A stretch of DNA of 64,000 bases from a candidate division WOR-3 bacterium (GTDB taxonomy: Bacteria > Hydrothermota > 32-111). Below are positions 1-9,106 of the stretch, one piece after another. The notes beneath the pieces were generated by a model. The model saw only the letters and a program-made list of their open reading frames with translations, was not told the DNA's origin and did no database searches. The DNA is taken from NCBI GenBank assembly GCA_039804105.1, contig JBDRZU010000001.1, positions 1,088,001-1,152,000 of the forward strand. Reading direction: 5' to 3'. How positions within the stretch are numbered: position 1 is the first letter of the stretch; each line of letters opens with the position of its first letter. A program made the translations under genes and the position numbers.

Positions 1-257
1 TTGAAATCAACTTCTTTACACATATTTTTATAAATTCTATAACTTAAACCCAATAGTTCTAAATTATCTTCTATTCTTAACCCTGAAACCTCTTGAACAA
101 AATCTTCCATAGTTTTTAAATCTGGAAGCATTGTATCTATTTTTTTCTTTTTAAATTCTTCTTTCAAATAAAGAATACTCCTTTTTGAAGGAAGAATAAC
201 CAGTAAATCTTCATTCTCCTTTACTATTAGGTCAACCAATTTTTCAAGAAACCTCAT
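1..257 (-). CDS. addB: AddB-like PD-(D/E)XK nuclease partner of AddA, N-terminal part only (runs off the window edge)
   Basis: Not in ORF track. Manual translation from ATG at 257, overlapping the addA stop: MRFLEKLVDLIVKENEDLLVILPSKRSILYLKEEFKKKKIDTMLPDFKTMEDFVQEVSGL, resembling the 'vilPnkRa.lfl....P...ti.df' N-terminus of Bacteroidota-type AddB. Confidence 0.7.
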   Translation of the reverse strand, partial: MRFLEKLVDLIVKENEDLLVILPSKRSILYLKEEFKKKKIDTMLPDLKTMEDFVQEVSGLRIEDNLELLGLSYRIYKNMCKEVDF

Positions 258-3200
258 ATTCAACCTCTATCGTTTTCATAGAATCAACATAAACCAGAAA
301 ACCTTTTATTTCAAAATTTTTATTTTTAAAGAATCTCATATACTCCTTTATCTGTTCAACATGACTTTTTTGTTCTAACCCTGTTTTATAATCAACAATA
401 TAACAATTGTTTCCGTCAAAAACTATTCTATCAGGCCTTAAAATTTTTCCTTCAAAACATATATCTTTTTCATTAAAAACCTTCAACTCCTGTTTAAAGA
501 ATTTTGATAGAACACTATCTTTAATTATATTCTTTAAAAGATTTTCATATGTCTTTTTTTCATTTATGCTGAAAAAACCTTCAACTAAGCCAAAATTTAA
601 AGCTTTTTCTATATCATTTTCAGTATAGATTAAAGAAAGCAACTTATGTAAAACGTCTCCTCTTTTGATCTTTTCATTCTCTTTCTCAATATTTAAGATT
701 CTTTTTAAAGACCTATCAAGAAACAGATGCTGTTCGTGAGAGCAAAGGTTTAATTTTGATATTATTTCGATTTTTTGTTTGTCTTCATTTTGATTATTTC
801 TTGTGTCATTCAAGCAAGAAAATTTTTTTCCAAATTTTACTTGACTTTCAGAATATTTGTAGTTAATAAATTCTTCTTCAAAACATTTTTTGTTAATAAG
901 TTCTATTATTGTTGGTATTTGATCTTCATCTTTTTTATTTTTAGAATCTTTTTTCTTTTCAGTAAAAACATAAAGTTCCTTTTTCGCTCGTGTAAATGCA
1001 ACATATAAAAGATTCAGATCATCATAAAAAATGTTTTTTAATTCTTGTTCTTTTGTCTTTTTCAGAGGATTTTCTTTATCTAAATATCCCTCTTTAACAT
1101 CACCATAACTAAATGATATTTTTTCTCCATTAATGCTTTCAATCAGAAAACTATTAGAAATTTTCCTTCTTCCATTCCATGTTGCAAAAGGAACTATAAC
1201 AACATCATACTCAAGCCCCTTTGATTTATGTATCGTTGAAATAGTTATTGCATCTTGTTCTGAAGGTGATGATATTTTCAAATCATCTTTGTTTTCATCA
1301 TAATACTCTAAAAAATCTATAACACTTCCCTCTTTTCCAAATTTGCATGACTCATCAAGAAGTTTCACGATGTAAGAAACTGATCCTGTATAATCATTAC
1401 AATTTGGATTTATTATGTGTTCTATTATTTTTGATACAATTTCATATGGAGTTGAAAAATTTACACTCTTTTTTATCTTTTCATAATAATTTTCTAAAAT
1501 GTTTTCACCCCAGAGAATTCTTAAAACTTCAGAACAATTTAACTTTTTGTTGTTATCTTTTATCTGACCTAAAAAAATCTTTTCCGCTTCTTTAAATTTT
1601 GAATCTTTTACATCCATATCCTTCCATGAATATAAAAGATTCGCAAAATCTTCAAGAGTGTTGAACATTGAAAATTTTAATAGAGAAATAATAAATACAA
1701 CATAAGGATTATTTTCAATAAAAAGTGTATCAGCGGAAACAATTTTTATTCTTTGATTTTCGATTTCAAGACCAGTCAAAACCTCAGCAATTTTACTTCC
1801 TTCTGCACTTGTTCTTACAAGTATTGAAATTGATAATTGTTTAAATCCTCTTTTCAGACAATCTGTAATAATTTCAACCAGTTTCCTATTTTCTAAAATT
1901 TCTTTTTTTAAATCTTTTTCAATAATATTTATTTCAACATATCCACAGCAATTTTGACTTTTTGATCCTTGAACTACATTTTCTTCCTTATATATTCGAT
2001 CATCTTTAAATATATCTTGATCAATATTTGCAAAAAAACAATTGTTAAATTCAACTATTTCCTTTTCACTTCTCCAGTTTTTTGTTAATTGTATTTTTTC
2101 AACATTTTCATTTTTTTCAAACTCCTTAATAACATCTGTTGAACCACCTCTAAATCTATATATTGCCTGTTTATCATCACCTACAAGAGTACAGTTATAT
2201 CCCTCAGCAATTCCATTTTCTATAAGCGGTTTCAAATTGTTCCACTGAGCAGAAGATGTATCCTGAAATTCATCTATAAGAAATTTTTTGAATTTTTCAC
2301 CAATTTTAAAATATATAAAAGGTATATCATTTTCATCCTTGAAAAGTTCTTTCACTTTCTTGTTCAATTCATCTATAAAAACTATTTCATTTTTTTTTTG
2401 ATATTCTTCGATAAGATTAGTGATTCTTTCATAGATAAGATTTGAGTAAATATTTTTTAAGTAGATTTTGGTTTCAAAATATTTCACAAGATTTTTTCTT
2501 AAAAAAGAATGAAAACTCGAAATTTCCTCTTCAAGTTTTTTGTATTCTTCTGATTTCTTAAAATTTTCTATCTTTGATTTTTGTTCTTTACTTTTATTTA
2601 AAAGATCATCAAAACTGAATTCATTTTTGTAAAAATCATTAAAAGATGTTTTACTTATCAGGTTTATAAAAAGTTCAAAAAAATTTGGACTATTCTCTGA
2701 CTTTGAATTTCTGTCGCTAAAATTTTTTATATAAGCTACCACACTACGACTTTTACCTTTAAAAAGTTCAATATCCAAATTCTTTATCTCTTCTTTATTA
2801 CAATGTTGTACAAAATTCAGTTCAAAATTTTTGATGTTTTGTAAGATGTTTTCTTTATTTTTTCTGTCATACTCATTAACTTCTATAGATTCATCAAAGT
2901 TCTTTTCTCTTTCTCTAATAGATTTTGTTGTATCATAAACTTCTCGTTCAACATTCAAAGATTTTTCCTCATCACTTCTCAGGTAAAGATAATCTAAAAA
3001 TATATCTTTTAATTTTTTTCCTTCATCGTTTTCATCTGAAACTTTTGAAATCAGAACATCAATATATTTTTTGATAACATTTTTCACATTAAAACTTATT
3101 TCATAAGAAGGAGAAATGTTCAAATCCTCTGAAAATACTTTTACCAACCTATTTGTAAATGAATCAATCGTCATAACAGAAAAATCAGAAAAACCATTCC

Positions 3201-3531
3201 CATTTTTAGAGTATAAAATTCTTTCGAGACATTCTTTGCTTTTCTCCTTTATCTCTTCATCTGTAAATTTCAATTTAGTTTTTATTTCTTCTTTCAATTG
3301 TTGTATTGAGTTTCTCCTTTTTTCATTAACAATTTCATCAAACCCTGCAAGTCCTTTTAAAAATTCAAGAATTCTTTCCTTCATCTCAAATGCTGCTTTG
3401 TTGGTAAATGTAATCGCAAGAATATTTTTTATTTCATCTGGATTTTGGAGAATAAATTCAATATACTCCTTCGCTATCGTATATGTCTTCCCTGACCCCG
3501 CTGACGCTTTGATCAATGTATATTTTTTCAT
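244..3531 (-). CDS. addA: AddA/UvrD-type ATP-dependent helicase-nuclease
   Basis: Walker A ASAGSGKT, AITFTNKAA, IDEFQDTS, VGDDKQAIYRFRG, TIHKSKGLEY, LLYVAFTRAK; C-terminal RecB-type nuclease RPDRIV..IVDYKTG. Confidence 0.92.
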   Translation of the reverse strand: MKKYTLIKASAGSGKTYTIAKEYIEFILQNPDEIKNILAITFTNKAAFEMKERILEFLKGLAGFDEIVNEKRRNSIQQLKEEIKTKLKFTDEEIKEKSKECLERILYSKNGNGFSDFSVMTIDSFTNRLVKVFSEDLNISPSYEISFNVKNVIKKYIDVLISKVSDENDEGKKLKDIFLDYLYLRSDEEKSLNVEREVYDTTKSIREREKNFDESIEVNEYDRKNKENILQNIKNFELNFVQHCNKEEIKNLDIELFKGKSRSVVAYIKNFSDRNSKSENSPNFFELFINLISKTSFNDFYKNEFSFDDLLNKSKEQKSKIENFKKSEEYKKLEEEISSFHSFLRKNLVKYFETKIYLKNIYSNLIYERITNLIEEYQKKNEIVFIDELNKKVKELFKDENDIPFIYFKIGEKFKKFLIDEFQDTSSAQWNNLKPLIENGIAEGYNCTLVGDDKQAIYRFRGGSTDVIKEFEKNENVEKIQLTKNWRSEKEIVEFNNCFFANIDQDIFKDDRIYKEENVVQGSKSQNCCGYVEINIIEKDLKKEILENRKLVEIITDCLKRGFKQLSISILVRTSAEGSKIAEVLTGLEIENQRIKIVSADTLFIENNPYVVFIISLLKFSMFNTLEDFANLLYSWKDMDVKDSKFKEAEKIFLGQIKDNNKKLNCSEVLRILWGENILENYYEKIKKSVNFSTPYEIVSKIIEHIINPNCNDYTGSVSYIVKLLDESCKFGKEGSVIDFLEYYDENKDDLKISSPSEQDAITISTIHKSKGLEYDVVIVPFATWNGRRKISNSFLIESINGEKISFSYGDVKEGYLDKENPLKKTKEQELKNIFYDDLNLLYVAFTRAKKELYVFTEKKKDSKNKKDEDQIPTIIELINKKCFEEEFINYKYSESQVKFGKKFSCLNDTRNNQNEDKQKIEIISKLNLCSHEQHLFLDRSLKRILNIEKENEKIKRGDVLHKLLSLIYTENDIEKALNFGLVEGFFSINEKKTYENLLKNIIKDSVLSKFFKQELKVFNEKDICFEGKILRPDRIVFDGNNCYIVDYKTGLEQKSHVEQIKEYMRFFKNKNFEIKGFLVYVDSMKTIEVEYEVS

Positions 3532-3537
3532 AGTTTT

Positions 3538-3565
3538 ATTATAGAAGCAAATCTCATTTTTTCAA
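3538..3565 (-). promoter_or_regulatory. sigma70-type promoter of addA (probably leaderless)
   Basis: TTGAAA-16 bp-TATAAT, ATG 6 nt after the -10, no SD. Confidence 0.65.
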
Positions 3566-3608
3566 TTGATTAATGGTAAATTTTAGCGATAAGATTCAAA
3601 AATCAATT

Positions 3609-3638
3609 TTCTGGATACCAAAATGGTACATAAAAAAA
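3609..3638 (-). repeat. Degenerate trailer-end CRISPR repeat remnant
   Basis: ATACCAAAATGGT core (3615-3627) in the array orientation, about 44 nt (one spacer length) left of the first intact repeat. Confidence 0.55.
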
Positions 3639-3682
3639 CTTAACCCTTTTGAAGACATCGAAGCACTAGCAACATTCGACAC

Positions 3683-5525
3683 ATTTCCATACCAAAAATG
3701 GTGCGATTAAGACGATACATATGGGAAGAAGGAGGGGCATTCAGCGACAACGGATTTGGTTTCCATACCAAAAATGGTGCGATTAAGACTTGAGTCGGTT
3801 GCAACACTTTACAAATCAATGAAAAGTTGTTTCCATACCAAAAATGGTGCGATTAAGACGAAAGGCATATGATATAACAGCATTTAGAGCTGGATCATAT
3901 GCGTTTCCATACCAAAAATGGTGCGATTAAGACAAAGGCAGAAGCAGAGGTTGAAAAAAGATACAGCTTCTCGGGGTTTCCATACCAAAAATGGTGCGAT
4001 TAAGACTTAAGACGGAAGATGGGAAGATAGGAAGATAGGAGAAAAACAGTTTCCATACCAAAAATGGTGCGATTAAGACACAATTCAACTTTGGTGAGTA
4101 AAGAGTATCGGTAAAACTGTTTCCATACCAAAAATGGTGCGATTAAGACAAAGAAACAAAAGAAAAAAATAATTCTTAAAAGGAGAAAAGTTTCCATACC
4201 AAAAATGGTGCGATTAAGACGTTGAAGTAAGATCGAATTACAGCAATTTAAAAAAATTGTTGTTTCCATACCAAAAATGGTGCGATTAAGACTAGAAAAG
4301 AGAAAAGAGAGGCTATCGTTTTATATGTAAAGCGTTTCCATACCAAAAATGGTGCGATTAAGACAGAAGAAGACACTCAAAATAATCAACCCCAAAATAC
4401 GGGTGGTTTCCATACCAAAAATGGTGCGATTAAGACCATATTGCAAAATATAAGACCAGATTATTTTACTCATTACGAAGTTTCCATACCAAAAATGGTG
4501 CGATTAAGACGATATAGTTATGTATATGTTATTCCATATTTAGAAAAAACGTTTCCATACCAAAAATGGTGCGATTAAGACTTTATAAGAGTTATTACAT
4601 CAGAGTCATCATTGCTTTTATTATGTTTCCATACCAAAAATGGTGCGATTAAGACAGATATGATTTTGAGATTATTGACGAGAACTTAATCCGTTTCCAT
4701 ACCAAAAATGGTGCGATTAAGACTAAAAACATAGGGGATAAAGTTTTAGAATGGAATGATAGGTGTTTCCATACCAAAAATGGTGCGATTAAGACTTTCT
4801 TTTATCTCATTGCTTGGTTCTGTATTTTTAGGTCCAGTTTCCATACCAAAAATGGTGCGATTAAGACGGAAAATATAATGTTGAGGAATTGATTGAACTA
4901 AAAAAAGCGTTTCCATACCAAAAATGGTGCGATTAAGACTCTCAAATTAGATGATGCAGAAATAAAGAAATTTAAAGAGTTTCCATACCAAAAATGGTGC
5001 GATTAAGACTAGGGAGATGGGAAGAGATAAAAACAACAAAAGGAGGTTATAAGTTTCCATACCAAAAATGGTGCGATTAAGACTTAAAAAAAATTTTTCG
5101 AGAGGAATTAAAAAGAACTAATAGTTTCCATACCAAAAATGGTGCGATTAAGACAAGGTCTACCGCCAAGAGGTGTGGGATGGAAACATTACAATAGGTT
5201 TCCATACCAAAAATGGTGCGATTAAGACAAGGAGGTAAGATGTTAACAAAACTAGAATTATTATTCATAAAGTTTCCATACCAAAAATGGTGCGATTAAG
5301 ACTCGGCATTAGAGATGTTAGAAAGAGTAATCAGTCTCTTCGGAAAGTTTCCATACCAAAAATGGTGCGATTAAGACGAAAAATATTATGGATTTCAATA
5401 GTGAATACATTCCTTATTTTAAGTTTCCATACCAAAAATGGTGCGATTAAGACGATAATGCCAAAGGTGCATATCTATGTGGTATTAATCCAAAGTTTCC
5501 ATACCAAAAATGGTGCGATTAAGAC
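3683..5525 (-). CRISPR. CRISPR array, 26 repeats / 25 unique spacers (37-45 nt); repeat in crRNA sense GTCTTAATCGCACCATTTTTGGTATGGAAAC (31 nt); no cas genes in window
   Basis: Identical + strand repeat GTTTCCATACCAAAAATGGTGCGATTAAGAC from 3759 to 5525; leftmost copy (3683) has G>A; 3' handle GGTATGGAAAC and right-side promoter fix the minus orientation. Confidence 0.99.
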
Positions 5526-5630
5526 AGGATCATAAATTTAATTTTATTATATACTTATTTTAAAATTTGTCAAGATTTTTCTGTCGATCGGTGGTCGTGC
5601 AAAAAACCCGGGGGATCGACAGAAAAAACA
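5526..5630 (-). promoter_or_regulatory. CRISPR leader with promoter and 14-bp inverted repeat
   Basis: TTGACA (5573-5568)-16-TATAAT (5551-5546) pointing into the array; IR TTTTTCTGTCGATC (5576-5589) / GATCGACAGAAAAA (5614-5627). Confidence 0.85.
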
Positions 5631-5766
5631 TCTCCTTTTATTTTAATTTAAAATTAACAATAATAATGTAATAGATTTATTATGATTATACAGACAAGTT
5701 TAAAAAATTTTTAAAATCGTTTCTTAATCATTGACAAAGATTTTATATTGAGTAATATTAATTTTT

Positions 5767-6582
5767 ATGAATGTTCAAAAATTGAAAGAAATTTCAAAAA
5801 AAGCACGAATCGATATTTTAAAAATGGTTTACAATGCTTCTTCTGGACATATTGGAGGAGCATTTTCAGCAATCGACATAATGGTTTATCTATATTTTCA
5901 TAAAATGAATTATTCGTTAGAAAATTATCAAGATAATACAAGAGATAGGTTCATTCTATCAAAAGGACATGCTTCTGCTGCACTTTATACGTGTCTTGCA
6001 TATAAAGGTATCATCCCTGAAAGTGATTTGATGACTTTTCGAAAGATAAACTCTTCTCTTCAAGGACATCCTTCAAAAAAACTCACAAAGGGAGTCGAAA
6101 CATCAACAGGTTCTTTGGGGCAAGGACTTTCTTTTGCAAACGGAGTTGCAATCGGCCTAAAATTAAAAAAAATAAACTCAAAAGTTTATGTTATGATCGG
6201 AGATGGAGAGATAAATGAAGGACAGATCTGGGAAGCGTTGATGACTTCAATTAGATACAAACTTGATAATTTAAGAATCATTCTTGATTACAACCATTTA
6301 CAGATCGATGGTTTCATCGAGGATATAAAAGATCCAAAACCAACAAAAGAAAAATTTGATTCGTTTGGGTTTGAAACTTTTGTTATGGATGGACACAATT
6401 TTCAAGAGATTGATAACACATTTACAAAAGCCGATCAAGTAAAAAATAAACCAGTTTTCATAATTGCAAATACAATAAAAGGAAAAGGTGTTTCTTTCAT
6501 GGAAAACAATGTTGACTTTCACGGAAATCCTCCAACAAAAGAACAATATGAGAAAGCATTAGCGGAGCTTTTAAATGTTTGA
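5767..6582 (+). CDS. tkt: Transketolase, N-terminal (TPP-binding) subunit
   Basis: SGHIGG, DRFILSKGHAS, LQGHP, GSLGQG, GDGE..EGQIWEA. Confidence 0.95.
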   Translation: MNVQKLKEISKKARIDILKMVYNASSGHIGGAFSAIDIMVYLYFHKMNYSLENYQDNTRDRFILSKGHASAALYTCLAYKGIIPESDLMTFRKINSSLQGHPSKKLTKGVETSTGSLGQGLSFANGVAIGLKLKKINSKVYVMIGDGEINEGQIWEALMTSIRYKLDNLRIILDYNHLQIDGFIEDIKDPKPTKEKFDSFGFETFVMDGHNFQEIDNTFTKADQVKNKPVFIIANTIKGKGVSFMENNVDFHGNPPTKEQYEKALAELLNV

Positions 6583-7516
6583 AAAAAAATCATCAATGAG
6601 AACAACCTATGGTAAAGAACTTGTGAATTTAGGGAAAAAATATGATGATGTAGTTGTTCTTGATGCTGATCTTGCAAAATCAACAAAAACAGAACTCTTC
6701 AAAAAAGAGTTTCCAGATAGATTTTTTGATATGGGGATATCTGAAGCGGACATGGTTGTCACAGCAGCAGGTCTTGCTTCTGTCGGGTTTAAGCCGTTTT
6801 GTTCTTCATTTGCAATCTTTTTAACTGGAAGAGTTTATGACCAGATCAGAAACTCCATAGCATATCCTCATTGGAATGTGAAACTTGTTGCTTCTCATGC
6901 TGGAATCTCTGTCGGAGAGGATGGAGCAAGCCACCAGATGGTTGAGGATATTTCTCTTACAAGAGTTATACCTGGCATGACAATAATATCTCCTTCTGAT
7001 TCAACGATGGTGAAAAATTTGATGGAAAAAATTTATCATTATGATTCATATCTTTATATGCGACTTTCAAGAAACGATGTTTATGACATATATCCTGAAA
7101 ATACAAATTTTGAAATCGGTGATTCTTATATACACAAAATTGGAAAAGATTTAACGATCATTTCAACAGGTCAGATGGTTGCCAAAGCGTTAGAAGCAAA
7201 AAATGAGCTTGAAAAAGAAGGTATCGATACAGGTGTTGTTGATATGTACACATTAAAGCCACTCGATACAAAAACTATTGATAAAATTTTAAACACTTCA
7301 AAAGGAATTCTTGTTTGTGAGGAACATTCCTATATCGGTGGACTTTTTGGTGCTGTATCAGAATATGTTGTTAGAAAATATCCTGTTCCTGTAGATTTTG
7401 TTGCTTTGGAAGATGTGTTCGGTGAATCAGGAAAAGTTGAGGAACTTTTTGAAAAATATTCACTTGATACAAAATCTATAATTAAAAAGGGGAAAAAACT
7501 TTATGATAGAATTTAG
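6575..7516 (+). CDS. tkt: Transketolase, C-terminal (pyrimidine-binding) subunit
   Basis: LDADLAKST, RFFDMGISE, HAGISVGEDGASHQ, EEHSYIGG. Confidence 0.95.
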   Translation: MFEKKSSMRTTYGKELVNLGKKYDDVVVLDADLAKSTKTELFKKEFPDRFFDMGISEADMVVTAAGLASVGFKPFCSSFAIFLTGRVYDQIRNSIAYPHWNVKLVASHAGISVGEDGASHQMVEDISLTRVIPGMTIISPSDSTMVKNLMEKIYHYDSYLYMRLSRNDVYDIYPENTNFEIGDSYIHKIGKDLTIISTGQMVAKALEAKNELEKEGIDTGVVDMYTLKPLDTKTIDKILNTSKGILVCEEHSYIGGLFGAVSEYVVRKYPVPVDFVALEDVFGESGKVEELFEKYSLDTKSIIKKGKKLYDRI

Positions 7517-8198
7517 AAATGTTTCAAAATATTATAAAAACAATTGGCTCGCTTTAAATAAAGTCAACCTGTTTTTTGAAAAGGGACAATTTTATTATTT
7601 GATAGGAAAAAGTGGAGCAGGAAAATCAACAATTTTGAAAATGATATATATGGAAATATTTCCTTCCGAGGGAGAAGTTATAGTTGGAAATCATAGTAGC
7701 AAAACAATAAAACAAAATGAAATTCCTCTTTTAAGAAGAAAAATTGGTGTAATCTTTCAGGATTTTAAACTTTTAAAGGATAGAAATGTTTATGATAACG
7801 TTGCTTTCGCTTTACAGGTTACAGGTGAAAGGTATCAAAATATCAAAAAAAAGACACTTGAAGCACTTTCCCTTGTAAAAATCTCTCACAAAAGAAACTC
7901 TTTCCCATATCAACTTTCAGGCGGAGAACAACAAAAGGTTGCTATCGCAAGAGCACTTGTAAAAGAGCCGTTTATACTTATTGCTGATGAGCCAACAGGA
8001 AATGTTGATCCTGAAGGAACCAAAGAGATTATGGATATACTTTTTGATATAAACACAAAAGGAACCGCGATACTTATGGCAACACATGATTATTCACTAA
8101 TCAAAACATCAATTGGAAAAGTAATTGGCCTTCGAGAAGGTAAAATTGTGAAGCCAGAGGATATTTTCAAACTCGATCTTTCAGGGGGGAAAGAATGA
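7503..8198 (+). CDS. ftsE: Cell division ATP-binding protein FtsE
   Basis: GKSGAGKST, IPLLRRKIGVIFQDFKLL, LSGGEQQKVAIARA, ADEPTGN; upstream of ftsX. Confidence 0.93.
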   Translation: MIEFRNVSKYYKNNWLALNKVNLFFEKGQFYYLIGKSGAGKSTILKMIYMEIFPSEGEVIVGNHSSKTIKQNEIPLLRRKIGVIFQDFKLLKDRNVYDNVAFALQVTGERYQNIKKKTLEALSLVKISHKRNSFPYQLSGGEQQKVAIARALVKEPFILIADEPTGNVDPEGTKEIMDILFDINTKGTAILMATHDYSLIKTSIGKVIGLREGKIVKPEDIFKLDLSGGKE

Positions 8199-9106
8199 TC
8201 TATATTTTGCAGGAGACATTCAAAGGATTTTTCAAAAATAAATCGATGAATCTCATCACAATTGGAACTATAACAGTTGCCATATTCATTTTTGGACTCT
8301 TTATTGCAGGAACAACAAATCTTTTGAATGTTATAAGAATCGCTGAAGATCGAATTGAAATGGTTGTCTATCTAAAAGATGATATTACGAAAGAACAGAT
8401 TGAAAATATACAAAATAAAATCTCAACGATACTTGGTGTTCAATCAACACAGTTTGTTTCAAAAGAGGAAGCTCTTGAACAGTTTCGAAAAGATTTAAAA
8501 GATGATGCAACACTTCTATCAGCGTTTGAAACAAATCCTCTTCCTCCATCAATAAAGGTAAATATCAGTATGGCTTTTAAGACCCCAGAGTATCTTAAAG
8601 AAATATCGGATAAAATAAAAATATTTGAAGGTGTTGACGATGTTGACTATGGCGCAGAATGGATAAAAGAACTGGATAAACTTGTTAAAATCCTTTTCTT
8701 CATTGATATTTTTCTCGGTATAATCATAATTTTTGCATCAATATTTATCGTTTTTAATACTATTCGATTGACCGTCTATGCAAGAAAAGAGCAAATAGAT
8801 ATAATGGATCTCGTTGGTGCAACAGAGATTTACATTGAATTACCATACATAATCGAAGGGATGGTTTATGGATTTTTAGGATCGTTAATATCAACATTGA
8901 TTTTATATATCTTGTTTGAGACAATCAGCAAAAAGATTCCAAATCTAATTTTCATGAACAATAACGCAATATTCTTTTTTATCTTTTTTGGAACAATACT
9001 AGGTTTTATCGGTTCTTTCCTATCTGTAAAACAATGTATCAATGAGATAAGAGAGATGAAGCGTGATGATAGTTTGAAAAGGACTACATTAAAGAGGTCA
9101 TTTTGA
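8195..9106 (+). CDS. ftsX: Cell division permease FtsX
   Basis: N-terminal TM, SKEEALE, NPLPPS, NTIRLTVYARKEQIDIMDLVGAT. Confidence 0.93.
   Translation: MIYILQETFKGFFKNKSMNLITIGTITVAIFIFGLFIAGTTNLLNVIRIAEDRIEMVVYLKDDITKEQIENIQNKISTILGVQSTQFVSKEEALEQFRKDLKDDATLLSAFETNPLPPSIKVNISMAFKTPEYLKEISDKIKIFEGVDDVDYGAEWIKELDKLVKILFFIDIFLGIIIIFASIFIVFNTIRLTVYARKEQIDIMDLVGATEIYIELPYIIEGMVYGFLGSLISTLILYILFETISKKIPNLIFMNNNAIFFFIFFGTILGFIGSFLSVKQCINEIREMKRDDSLKRTTLKRSF

Noticed and set aside
3609..3638. Possible tracrRNA/anti-repeat
   Set aside because: Same orientation as the repeats and one spacer length away; better explained as a decayed terminal repeat.
5155..5197. Spacer containing ATGGAAAC, complementary to the repeat end
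   Set aside because: Only 8 nt, inside a plausible coding read (VWDGNIT); compatible with chance.
3714..5494. Self-targeting spacers
   Set aside because: No match to the window noticed by eye; not exhaustive, needs BLAST.
3683..5525. Plus-strand orientation of the array (ATTAAGAC also resembles a 3' handle)
   Set aside because: Perfect promoter and leader on the right point leftwards, degenerate repeats are on the left, and GGTATGGAAAC is a recognised 3' end.
4000..5535. ORFs 4000-4269, 5077-5268 and 5287-5535
   Set aside because: Translations of CRISPR repeats and spacers (recurring LNRTIFGMET / SFHTKNGAIKT).
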